From Octopus vulgaris (Eukaryota), in assembly GCA_951406725.2 (NCBI GenBank), contig OX597821.1:84320001-84384000 (forward strand): a stretch of DNA of 64,000 bases. The letters run 5' to 3'. A program made the position numbers and the translations under genes. Shown piece after piece: positions 54,269-64,000 of this stretch (position 1 is the first letter of the stretch; each line of letters begins with the position of its first letter). The notes under the pieces were generated by a model, which was not told the origin of the DNA, did no database searches, and worked only from the letters and a program-made list of their open reading frames with translations.

Positions 54269-55882
54269 CGTTTCTAACATAGGTACATAACTGCAAATTT
54301 ACAGGTTTAGTTGACTATATAGACCATTACAAGTTACTTATTTGCCCACTAAGAATAAAAGACAATGACTAATTTTAGAAGGATTTGAATTAGGAAACTG
54401 AAAGGAGACAACTAACTATTCTACTGTTTCTGTCACTCCAGACTCTTATGATTACGCACAAGGCAGAGAAAAGTGTATTGTGGACTGAATTGCTCCCAGT
54501 ATAATATTAGTATTTCTCATTTTGTAGACCCAAAAGAATAAAGATTTAGACTTGAAATAAAAAAAGACATTAGTCGTCTCAGATGTCTTTCTCCATACTC
54601 TGGTTAACTAAAAGTTTAATATGACATCTTGTTGTTTGAAGGGTTTGCATTTTCTCATACATTTTTTAAAAATTTTCATTACTGACGTCCAACTGTAATA
54701 ACAGTAGTAATAATATCGATAATACCAGCAAAAACAATGGTAATAAAAAATAGCAGTAATATTGGTAATGATTTAGTACATAGTTATAAAACCTGAAAAG
54801 TCTTAGAGTCATTTGAAAAGGAAAATTTATCTCAACACCGACTCAAGTGCAAGGGAGATAAATCTGTACTTTTTTTCCTTAGATTTAGATAAAATACGAA
54901 AGAAATATCAAGTCATTCTAGAATTGTACTTTTTTAGTAAGTAATACCCAATAGTTATAATGGAATTATGTCAGTGACCAGCTTGTAGAGGACTGACGAA
55001 TATTTTGATATATACAGTACTTCATAAAATAACGTATATATAATAGTATATACGGGCATTTAGGTGATAAACAGATTTTTCAACAAATTAAATAGTTTAG
55101 GAAAACTTAAGGCCATGAAACGTAAAAATTAGTTTCCAACTCTGACCAGTAATAATAAGTTTATTTGTTGATCTCCCTTCCCAATATACCCACTTATGAT
55201 TGCTATCAATCATTATTTAGATCTGCTGGGCTCAAACCTAGACTTGGGTCTTCAAAAAAAACTGCCACTTCAATATTTGTTGGAAGCTTCTACAAAAATG
55301 TGCTGCTAAATAAATGAGCCTACAGCTTCAATGTGCAACTGTTATTCAAAATTTACTTATTGTGAGCCCAAACTGTTCAAAATAACTAATCTTTCCCTCA
55401 AATGAGATTTTAAGAAAAGAAAGGAAGGATGCATTGGGTAACACAATCCTAAACAGACTGCCAAACTAAAAGATGGGATTATCACAGCTGGGGATTATAC
55501 AGTTGATCATTGGTCTATTCGTTTGGGAATGGCTTTATTCTAACCAACAATAACTGTCTTCTTGTATCTCTTGAAATAAAATCCAATGTAGATTATACAC
55601 TATGTAACCATACATCTCTTGATGATCAGTGACACATAATGACCAGATTAGATAAAGAAAGACAGCTTCAAGCGATTTCATAGGTTCAGACAAAAAGAGA
55701 AAAAAATCTCACAAGCAACAAAACTCAAGGGAGAGAAATGCATTGCCAAGAGAGTAAGTTTCGTCCCTTAAACAGCATTTCAGAAAAATATAATTTTTAA
55801 AACACGTGCCACAGAGTTAACACCAATCAAACAAGACAATATATTAGAAATTAAGGTAATTATAATCTAAAACATTACTCAC

Positions 55883-55974
55883 CAGCTTGAGGTAAAATAG
55901 CAGAACAGGTGATGCTTGGATCAGCCAAACTTTGAATATTGAGTAAATTCAACCCTTCTTTCTTACCGTCATCT
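55883..55974 (-). CDS. LRRC41: LRRC41-like exon C (92 nt, phase 2-1); absent from ORF track
   Basis: ccttcag| acceptor, G|gtgagt donor; RDDGKKEGLNLLNIQSLADPSITCSAILPQA; phases match exons B and D exactly. Confidence 0.8.
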
Positions 55975-56860
55975 CTGAAGGTATTAAGTAATATAAATTG
56001 ATTAAGGTAATTTGTTTAATTAAATAGAAACAAAGAACACACATCTTTTGAAAACAATTCAGAATTTTGTACATCTTAGAATAAGAAACATTATCAGATT
56101 CGAAATATATCAGTAGCACTTAAATTCAACAGGAGTTTATTTAATGAAGTGTCTTGTTCAAGGGCCTAGGGTAACGTATGAAACTGGATTCAAACCCTTG
56201 ATGCCCCAATAAACAAAAATCCAATATTTCATTCTAGCTCTCACATTTCTCAACGATATGACTGATTATGATACTTTAGAATTAAAGAGATGAGGCATGT
56301 GGTCATTTGTTGTTCATACCTTCATTTAAAAAAAAGTTGATTTTTGATCTTGTTAATAAGGAAAATATTATTATGGACAAAAGTACAACACCAACTTTCT
56401 GGAGACAGATGGTCTGGAACCTCTTATAATCCACACTAATCTACAAGCAGGGATTTCAAATTTCAGTGGCGATGAGACTAGTTTACTGGTACCTTGCACA
56501 CCACATCATCACCATTAAAGTCTGTGGTCCATGCTGGCATGGGTTGGACAGTTTGACCAGAGCATGGTTTCTACAGCTGGATGCCAATGGTATCAATACA
56601 TGTGTATCATTTATACTAACGTACAAGTATCTGTACTTCATTTAATCATTTAAATAAATTTAATATGTCAAGAGTGCGACAACACAAGATTTGGAAAAAC
56701 CAGTAATCTAGAATTGGTTTTGAAACCAAGGGTTCCAGAAATTTATATTGTACTTGCATATTATGGATAAAATGTGACGGGTATTTTTTAAAATTCACAG
56801 AAATCAATTGCAGTTCATACGTGAAATGCTAATTATTTCAAACTAAACATTCCAATGAGT

Positions 56861-56980
56861 GAGTGGGTGTGTGAGTGAGAGTGGGTGTGTGAGTGAGAGT
56901 GGGTGTGTGAGTGAGAGTGGGTGTGTGAGTGAGAGTGGGTGTGTGAGTGAGAGTGGGTGTGTGAGTGAGAGTGGGTGTGA
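56861..56980. repeat. Perfect 18-bp tandem repeat (GAGTGGGTGTGTGAGTGA)x~6.5
   Basis: Six identical units plus partial. Confidence 0.95.
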
Positions 56981-57140
56981 ATAAGTGTTTCATTCAAAAT
57001 ATAAATATGATCCATTTAATTAAGTCTCTAATTAAGGTGTTGTGATACTCTTTCATTTAAATAAATTCCCAACACACAAAGTTTCAAGACCCTACTAGTT
57101 TTATCTTCTAAATGACATTAAAGTGATGATAGTTATACTA

Positions 57141-57456
57141 GTGGAGGCGCAATGGCCCAGTGGTTAGGGCAGCGGACTTGCGATCGGAGGATCACGGTTT
57201 CAATTCCCAGACCAGGCGTTGTGTGCGTTTATTGAGCAAAAACACCTAAAGCTCCACGAGGCTCCGGCAGGGGGTGGTGGCGACCCCTGTTGTACTCTTT
57301 CACCCCAACTTTCTCTCACTCTTCCTGTTTCTTGAGTAATGCTGCGATGGACTGGCATCCCGTCCAGCTGGGGGGAACACATACGCCATAGAAACCGGGC
57401 CCATGAGCCTGGCTAGGCTTGAAAAGGGCGCATAAATAATAAATAAATAATAAATA
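57141..57456 (+). mobile_element. tRNA-derived SINE with V-domain-like core and 10-bp TSD
   Basis: tggcccagtggttagg (A box), ggtttcaattccc (B box), gctgcgatggactggcatcccgtccag (V-SINE-like), (AAT/AAAT) tail; TSD agttatacta at 57131-57140 and 57457-57466. Confidence 0.8.
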
Positions 57457-57710
57457 AGTTATACTATTCCTGTCTGTTGCTTTTGAGTTGAAAATCACAA
57501 GACTGCTGATGTTGGTTTTTTCATTTTTTATCCCTAGACTCTCAATTTTGTGACTTATAATTACAAAGAGCCCCATATTTGTGTACATCCATACATCAAA
57601 AATGATATAAATGAAACCTATTGGAGACTAACACCAGTAAGAAGGATGGATGCAGGTTAACAACATAGAAAAAATCACTTCTCAAAGTCAGTATAAATTT
57701 AATGAAATAC

Positions 57711-57849
57711 CTGTAACTCTTGAGTAGACAATTCAGAAGTCTACGGAACACGCCATCTTCTGTTTCACAGCCAATAATACTGAGATCTTTCAATTGCTTT
57801 TTGTTCACGAGATCACTGATGATATCAAGAAGTTCTGGATTGTTCAATC
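57711..57849 (-). CDS. LRRC41: LRRC41-like exon B (139 nt, phase 1-2)
   Basis: tttctag| acceptor, AG|gtattt donor; in frame with exon A: GLNNPELLDIISDLVNKKQLKDLSIIGCETEDGVFRRLLNCLLKSYR (LxxLxIxxC). Confidence 0.85.
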
Positions 57850-58532
57850 CTAGAAAGTAAATCAATTGCAATTAAACATCTCACTGCAAATGGGAAATGT
57901 AACATCAAAAATAATTCATTAGCAAATTTTCAGAGTTATATTCAAATTAATGCAACCTTCAATACACTTCCCCTAAATATTGCATCACCTCTGACATCGT
58001 CATTTTATGCCTGTTTTCTATACTGGCATGGGTTGGATGATTTGACATGATCCACCAAGCCAAAGAGCTCTGTTGAGCTCCAGTGTCAGATTTAGTATGG
58101 TTTTGACAATTGTATGTCGTTCCTAATGTCAACCACTTTACAGAGTGTAGTGGATGCTTTTTTTTTTTTTTATCATACCACCAACACAAGTGAGGTTACC
58201 AAGTTACTAGCAACACAAAGAGAACAAAGTAAAAAGAAAAGGCAAAAGCCCTCCACAACTCACTATGTGATGATGGTCATATGTTAGGTGCCAAATTGCT
58301 GAATTACAATGGAGGGACTGGTCTTATATCAACAGGAAAAATGAATATTTTAAGTAAACTGCATTGGTAGATACAATGACTGTGAGCGCTTCATGCTATA
58401 TATAGGGTTTATAGGTTACCCACCCTCTATACAAACCAATGGTCCTTAAACTTTTCAAAAGATTTTACATTTTTCTCAATGATTCGCTGTCCCCTATAAA
58501 ATGCTGGATAATCAACATGTCATTACATTCGT

Positions 58533-58720
58533 GTACCGTAATTTCCGGACTATGAACCGCACTGCCTATGGACCAGCAACCCCAAAAACCACAACTTAAT
58601 CCAGACAAAGCCCCATTGGGATACAATAAATGCGCATAAAAATATGGGGAATCAGTTCATCAATTGGTTACAAAACAAATGAGAAACGAAAAATACCAAC
58701 AGCACATGCACAATCAACCG
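58533..58720 (+). mobile_element. Possible pogo/Tigger-like MITE end
   Basis: taccgtaatttccggactat resembles a pogo-type TIR; matching right TIR not found. Confidence 0.35.
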
Positions 58721-58722
58721 TA

Positions 58723-59125
58723 GGCGCAGGAGTGGCTGTGTGGTGAGTAGCTTGTTTACCAACCACATGGTTCCGGGTTCAGTCCCACTGCGTGGCACCT
58801 TGGGCAAGTGTCTTCTACTATAGCCTCAGGCCGACCAAAGCCCTGCGAGTGGATTTGGTAGACGGAAACTGAAAGAAGCCCGTCGTATATATGTATATAT
58901 ATATATGAGTGTGTGTGTGTGTCTGTGTTTGCCCCCCTAGCATTGCTTGACAACCGATGCTGGTGTGTTTATGTCCCCGTTACTTAGCGGTTCGGCAAAA
59001 GAGACCGATAGAATAAGTACTAGGCTTACAAAAGAATAAGTCCCGGGATCGAGTTGCTCGATTAAAGGCGGTGCTCCAGCATGGTCGCAGTCAAATGACT
59101 GAAACAAGTAAAAGAGTAAAGAGTA
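58723..59125 (+). mobile_element. Full-length family-1 SINE (subfamily a)
   Basis: Diagnostics gtcccgggatcgagttgctcgattaaagg and gcttgtttaccaacc shared with the 22798 copy. Confidence 0.9.
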
Positions 59126-59439
59126 TACCCCCATATTTTCTATTGACCAATTACACTTGTACAAGTGTGATTAGCGAATGAATGCGTTGGAGTGGCGTGG
59201 GTCTTTGAGGCCAACCACAAAAAAAAGGATGAAATTGAAAGTATTAAAATTTTAAAATTTAACTGTCTCAAGCCACCCCGTTTTCACGATACTTCTGCGT
59301 CCCTTTGCAGTCCCGCTAAAAATCGCTTGCGGTCTCCTAGGGGACTATGGACCCGTTTGAAGAACCAAACAGGCTGCAACTATTTAAAAACATGCATAAC
59401 TACGTTGGTCACAGTGTATGGAAACACATAAAGGAGAAT

Positions 59440-60110
59440 TAAAGAGCCACTAAGTAGTCAATCTTCTAGAAATAGTAGCTAAATCACCCTCAAATCACAA
59501 CCTACAATTTAAAAAAAGGGCAATCTTAGAAATAGTCTTAAAAAAAAAAAGACAAAAACGATGGTCTTAGCTGGAATGCCTTAGAACATCGGCCTACTTA
59601 AATGGGACTGACCTGGGGCTATCTCAGCAGATAACTATATTTAACCCGTTAAATATAGCTATCTCACCAGATAGCTATATTTAACCAGTTAAATATCTGT
59701 CCCTTAGCATAGGAATGCAATCTATGACCGTCCAACTGCAGCCCACGAAACTATGACACAACAGTTACAGCTCGTCCTAGCAAGAATAAACTCTGCAATA
59801 GCAGAGTTATCTCCCTTGTTACAGCTCAAAACTGGGAAGAAATACTTGCGAGGTGGAATAAATATGAATATATATTCGTGTGTGTGTGCCACAGAAATTA
59901 AACAACTGTTCAGAGGAACATATGCATAGGAGCTTAACCTGCTAGAAATAGCAACCAAATATCCCTCTAATTACGTCTACAGCCTTAAAAAGGGAAGGAC
60001 AGATTGGTAGTGTAGTTCTAGATATTAAAAACGATGAGATGGTCTCAGCTAGCTTGTCTTTTAAGCATAAGCCTGCTCAATCAGGGCCAATGTAGAGTTA
60101 AACAACAATT
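59440..60110 (+). mobile_element. Two copies of an old dispersed repeat (ctagaaatagcagccaaat...gatggtc..gctgg..gggctgacctggggctaaacaac)
   Basis: Copies at 59440-59620 and 59930-60110; homologues at ~4685-4890(-), 12630-12800, 27920-28110, 38040-38240, 55360-55555. Class unknown. Confidence 0.55.
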
Positions 60111-61244
60111 GCTCAGCAGATACAGGATATAACTATATACATACTGTTGCCCTTGATCAAACTTCGGAGTGATGCTTCAAGGAGTTAGCATTTATCAACA
60201 TCACACTGATTTAATCTTTTATTACAGTTCCTGTGTGCCATCATCATTACCACTGTTTCAACATTACACTTTATCCTGTTCACATGGGTCTGAGGGAATT
60301 CGTTTTAATGAATTTTCTATGGCTAGATGCCCTTCCTGTTGCCAACCCTCACTTGTTACCATACCAGATATTTCCCCATGATCAAACAAGTTTTCACAAA
60401 AAATTGGAAAAGAATGACACACTTTGTATGGCAGTGATGCTCATTTAAAATTATCAAGCAATGTCAAGACAAGGAGGTACACACACACACACACACAGGC
60501 TTCTTTCATTTTCTAACAACCAAATCCACTCATAAAGCGTTAGTTGGCCAAGGGTTATTTATTGTAGAAGACACTTGTCTAAGGTGCCACATACATTTCA
60601 GTATTACACATGGGATATTTAGTCATTCCTAATGTTGTCACTTACTGGAAAACCTCAGAAAGTAAACCTATTGCCAAAGATTTTCTAGCCATGACTGTCT
60701 CTTTTTAGGGATATATAGGACTAGATTATCCAATAAATCCTTCCTATATTTAAGACCAAAGGATATATTCTAAAGGAGATCTGGCTGCTATTCCTGACAA
60801 GGGACCACATTCAGCTACACTCTACAATCTAATAGAGTATTTAATACTCTAAGTGATGATTTGCAAAACTGAACATATTTACAATGGTAGCCTCTTCAGT
60901 AGTTTCTTTTATATAAGATTTCTAGCACCATCTGCTTTCTCAATCTGAGAAAAAGCTATAACAATTCTTTCCAATTTGAGCACAAGGCCAACAATTTTGA
61001 GCGGAGGGGCAAGTCAAATACATTGACCTCAGTGCTTGACTGGTACTTTATTTTATTGACCTAGACGGATGAAAGGCGAAGCTGACCATGGCCGAATTTA
61101 AACTCAGAATTGAAAGAGTCAGAAGAAATGCCACTAAACATTTTGCCCAACATGCTAACAATTCTACCAGCTTGCCACTTTAATAATAAAAATGATTCTT
61201 TCTACTATAGGCAGAAGACAGGAAACTTGGGAGAGGGCTTAACC

Positions 61245-61645
61245 AGTTGATATGTCTCTTAGTGGCTGACGATGTGTGCATCTCTGATCATGAGCAGAAG
61301 TAGTGGACAAGCATCATAGCCATGTGTTGAGAGGAATTTTGGGGGGTTTGAATAATTTAGCTCTGGAAAGAAGAGTGTTTTGTTCATCCTTTAACAAACC
61401 TTATTCAAGGACATTCTTGAGTAGGATGGGCTACTCAACATGAAGAAAATTCTAACTGGGCTCTACCTGCAATATCATGCACTGTTTATCTTGATATGAG
61501 ATCACCATGTCATGCACATGTGGTTGTAATGCACGTCTGGTGTACCCTTATCAGACAGGTAGTCATGATGGGTATATTGGGCTTCGTATATTTGTACCCT
61601 GGTATCACTTTGATGGTGTGCACTCATCTCTCACTCAATAATAAT
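61245..61645 (+). mobile_element. Probable retroposon 3' UTR-derived repeat ending in (AAT)n
   Basis: GC-richer block ending ctctcactcaataataat, 30 bp from exon A donor; single copy in window, class inferred only. Confidence 0.35.
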
Positions 61646-61675
61646 CTTAGCAATAATAACAGCAACAACACTTAC

Positions 61676-63805
61676 CAGATACATTCAAATAAAGCTTTTG
61701 TAGAGATGGCCACATTGGTAGAACATCCCTCAAAATATCACCTATATGGGGATTAGGTTCACCAATAAGCCTCAGTGATTTCAAACCCTTTGATGACAGA
61801 GAATGCGTCTTTTTAGACAAACCTAAGCAAAGGTCCCACAACGAATTGTCAGATTTGGTGCTACCTGGAGTTGATACTGGAGAAGAATGCTGACAATTTG
61901 CAGGAGACAACCACTGTGAATCTGACAACGAAGAGTCCGTTTTGGAATTTGGTGTTTCTTCCTCTGAAATGCCCTCATCCAAATCAGCATAGATATCAAA
62001 AGACATTCGGCGGGATTCCAGCTGTTGTGGTGTCAAAGGAGAGAAACTATCAACAGCTGAATTTGTCCGTGATTTTACGTCTTCACTAGGGCACATTCTT
62101 TTCTTTTCTTTGGGAGTGGGAGGAGACTTAAAACAGGATTTGTTCGATATTCCATTTTCATCTTTTATTTTACCTATAAAAGAGTCAAAGCCATTTTGAT
62201 CAGATGTATCAGTCTCTGTTGAAATGTTACTTGAGCTCATAGAAGCTGAACTCTCTGTATTAGGCACTTCACTTTCAGTACTGGAACCTATATCAGATGT
62301 TTTAGAGGCTTTGTCACTTTGAGACAGATCATCAGCATTTTGGTAACACTTCACAACAGAAATGTTCTCCTCCTCACACAGAGACCTTGAACCTGACAGA
62401 TTATCATCCCATGAATTGCTAAATGGCGATATAGAATCTTTCCCAGTCGAAGAGCAGAAACCAAATTCTTTTCCTAATGGTTTACAGTAACGATATCGAT
62501 CTGCAGGTCGAAGCTTTTTCACTTCTGCAAGTTCATCATAAGAATTTGAGAGAAGTGCAGTTAATACTGAATAAGATGTCTTCCGTTTTGTTTCAAACTT
62601 TATGGAATGTGGGCAAGAAGTCATGGATTGAAAACAGTTGTTCATTCTATAGGAGCAAAGCTTGCAAAGCTTATCTGTGGAAATCGAATGTTCTTTAAAA
62701 TTGCAGCAATTCATCATAAATGGATTTGAAGACATATTCAGACAGTTCATGTTTTTCGAATGAGTGGTGATAACATGATTTTTGGAATCAAACCGACTGA
62801 ATGTACTCTTCAAGCATTTACGAGACTTGGGGCTCGCATCAATATTTGAATGACAATGAGATTCACTGGAAGAGGAGTTTTGTGAATTAAGATTTTGATG
62901 CCAAAGCATCGAAGTAAGCAGTGAGTTTTCTTCAGAAGATGTTAAGAGAGAATCTTTGTTCTTTCCTTCTTTGTCTCGGAACTTCTGGCAGCAACCAAGA
63001 TTACGCACTGCTGGGGTATTTAACTCTTTTTCACGTCGCAGCTTCTGGTCTAAAACTTTCTGCATCTTACCAACATCAGAAATACTATCTTCACAATTCA
63101 CAGAGTGACCATTCTTATCAACAGCACCAATACTATCAAACAAAGAATTTGAATTATTAAATACTCTTTGACAATTATTAAGATTATCACCAGAGTCATT
63201 ATTATTATTTTTATCATTGTTATTGTTATAAAAATATATATTTTCTGAGTGAAGTTTCAGTTTTTTGGCTATAGAAGAATCAAAATTATAAACACTTTTA
63301 CACTTGAGAGAGTTTACAATCTTTTCAGAATGTTCATCAAACGCATCCTTGGAACAATCAGATATATCACAGTCAAAGCTAGAATCCAGAACGGTGTCCG
63401 ATTCAGAATCATGAATGCCAGCACAAATTTTCATTAAACGTTCAAAGAATCCTACAAAGCCATCATTACGTTTTGAAAAAGTTAAGGAAAATTCCTGAAG
63501 TTTGCCATGTTTTAGAAAAGTTTCTATGATATTCCAACAACAGTTTGACTCCGTAATGGCAGGATGGCACTGAACACGTAACAAGACAACTGAATTTAAC
63601 AACAGATGAACCAATTCTAAATGGCATTCTAAAAATACAGACAGGGTTGAGTTCAAGGTCAGGGAGGTGACGTATGGTGCAAGAGCTAACACTCGTGTTG
63701 CCATTGTGTCAGTCTTCATGCTCGCCTGGACATGTTTTGGAAGGTAACAGGTGACTTTAGGGTCATATTCATATACAGAACACCACATGAAGTCGTGACT
63801 CAAAA
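61676..63805 (-). CDS. LRRC41: LRRC41/MUF1-like LRR protein, large internal exon (exon A, 2130 nt, phase 1-1)
   Basis: Covers almost all of the 718-aa ORF. Acceptor ...ttttctgtttcag| (AG at 63807-63806); donor G|gtaagt at 61675. Ordered N-part (LAPYVTSLTL...FLKHGKLQEFSLTF), long Ser/Asn-rich insert, then ILRDVLPMWPSLQKLYLNVSG, which resembles the LRRC41 post-insert LRR start. Family name is from recognition, not a search. Confidence 0.78.
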
Positions 63806-64000
63806 CTGAAACAGAAAAAAAAGAGGTGATATTAAAAAGATGAAAGTAAATGGATTCAAGATATAGTTTGTTTAGTTAAAATTTTAAACCGTTTCAAAAC
63901 AACAGAAGCCGGTAGAGCAAGTTTATCATGGGTTTGAAACGTTACTCGAGTTCATCATTATGTTTCCTTAGCTTTGGCTGCAAAGACACAACAATGTTGA

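Noticed and set aside
57143-57215. tRNA gene (also heads at 47463, 58723, 24620)
   Set aside because: A/B boxes present but no complete cloverleaf; each continues into a SINE body and tail.
61647-61675. C-terminal KCCCCYYC of the 718-aa ORF and its TTG start
   Set aside because: Read-through past the GT donor into the intron; the 5' end is a splice acceptor, not a start codon.

Overview
AT-rich, repeat-dense animal genomic DNA. The SINE families, RTE-type tails and very abundant (AT)n/(GT)n/(ATT)n/(ATC)n tracts suggest a coleoid cephalopod, probably Octopus (inference). It is not prokaryotic, and almost all listed ORFs are repeat artefacts. One multi-exon gene lies on the minus strand: an LRRC41/MUF1-like leucine-rich-repeat protein. 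Seven exons (61676-63805, 57711-57849, 55883-55974, 53334-53501, 49636-49779, 40059-40136, 22497-22572) join with GT-AG sites in one continuous frame. The 5' exons lie outside the window and the terminal exon is unresolved. The rest is tRNA-derived SINEs, LINE remnants (L1/Tx1, CR1, RTE, R4/Dong), non-autonomous hAT, piggyBac, Helitron and Helentron elements, and micro/minisatellites. The most unusual features are: two local inverted (fold-back) duplications (13.7-14.5 kb and 20.1-21.8 kb), inverted same-subfamily SINE pairs bracketing in-frame LRR exon blocks, a degenerate hammerhead-like core in a Penelope-like fragment, and a SINE-seeded higher-order minisatellite. No new biological system can be claimed with confidence from sequence alone.
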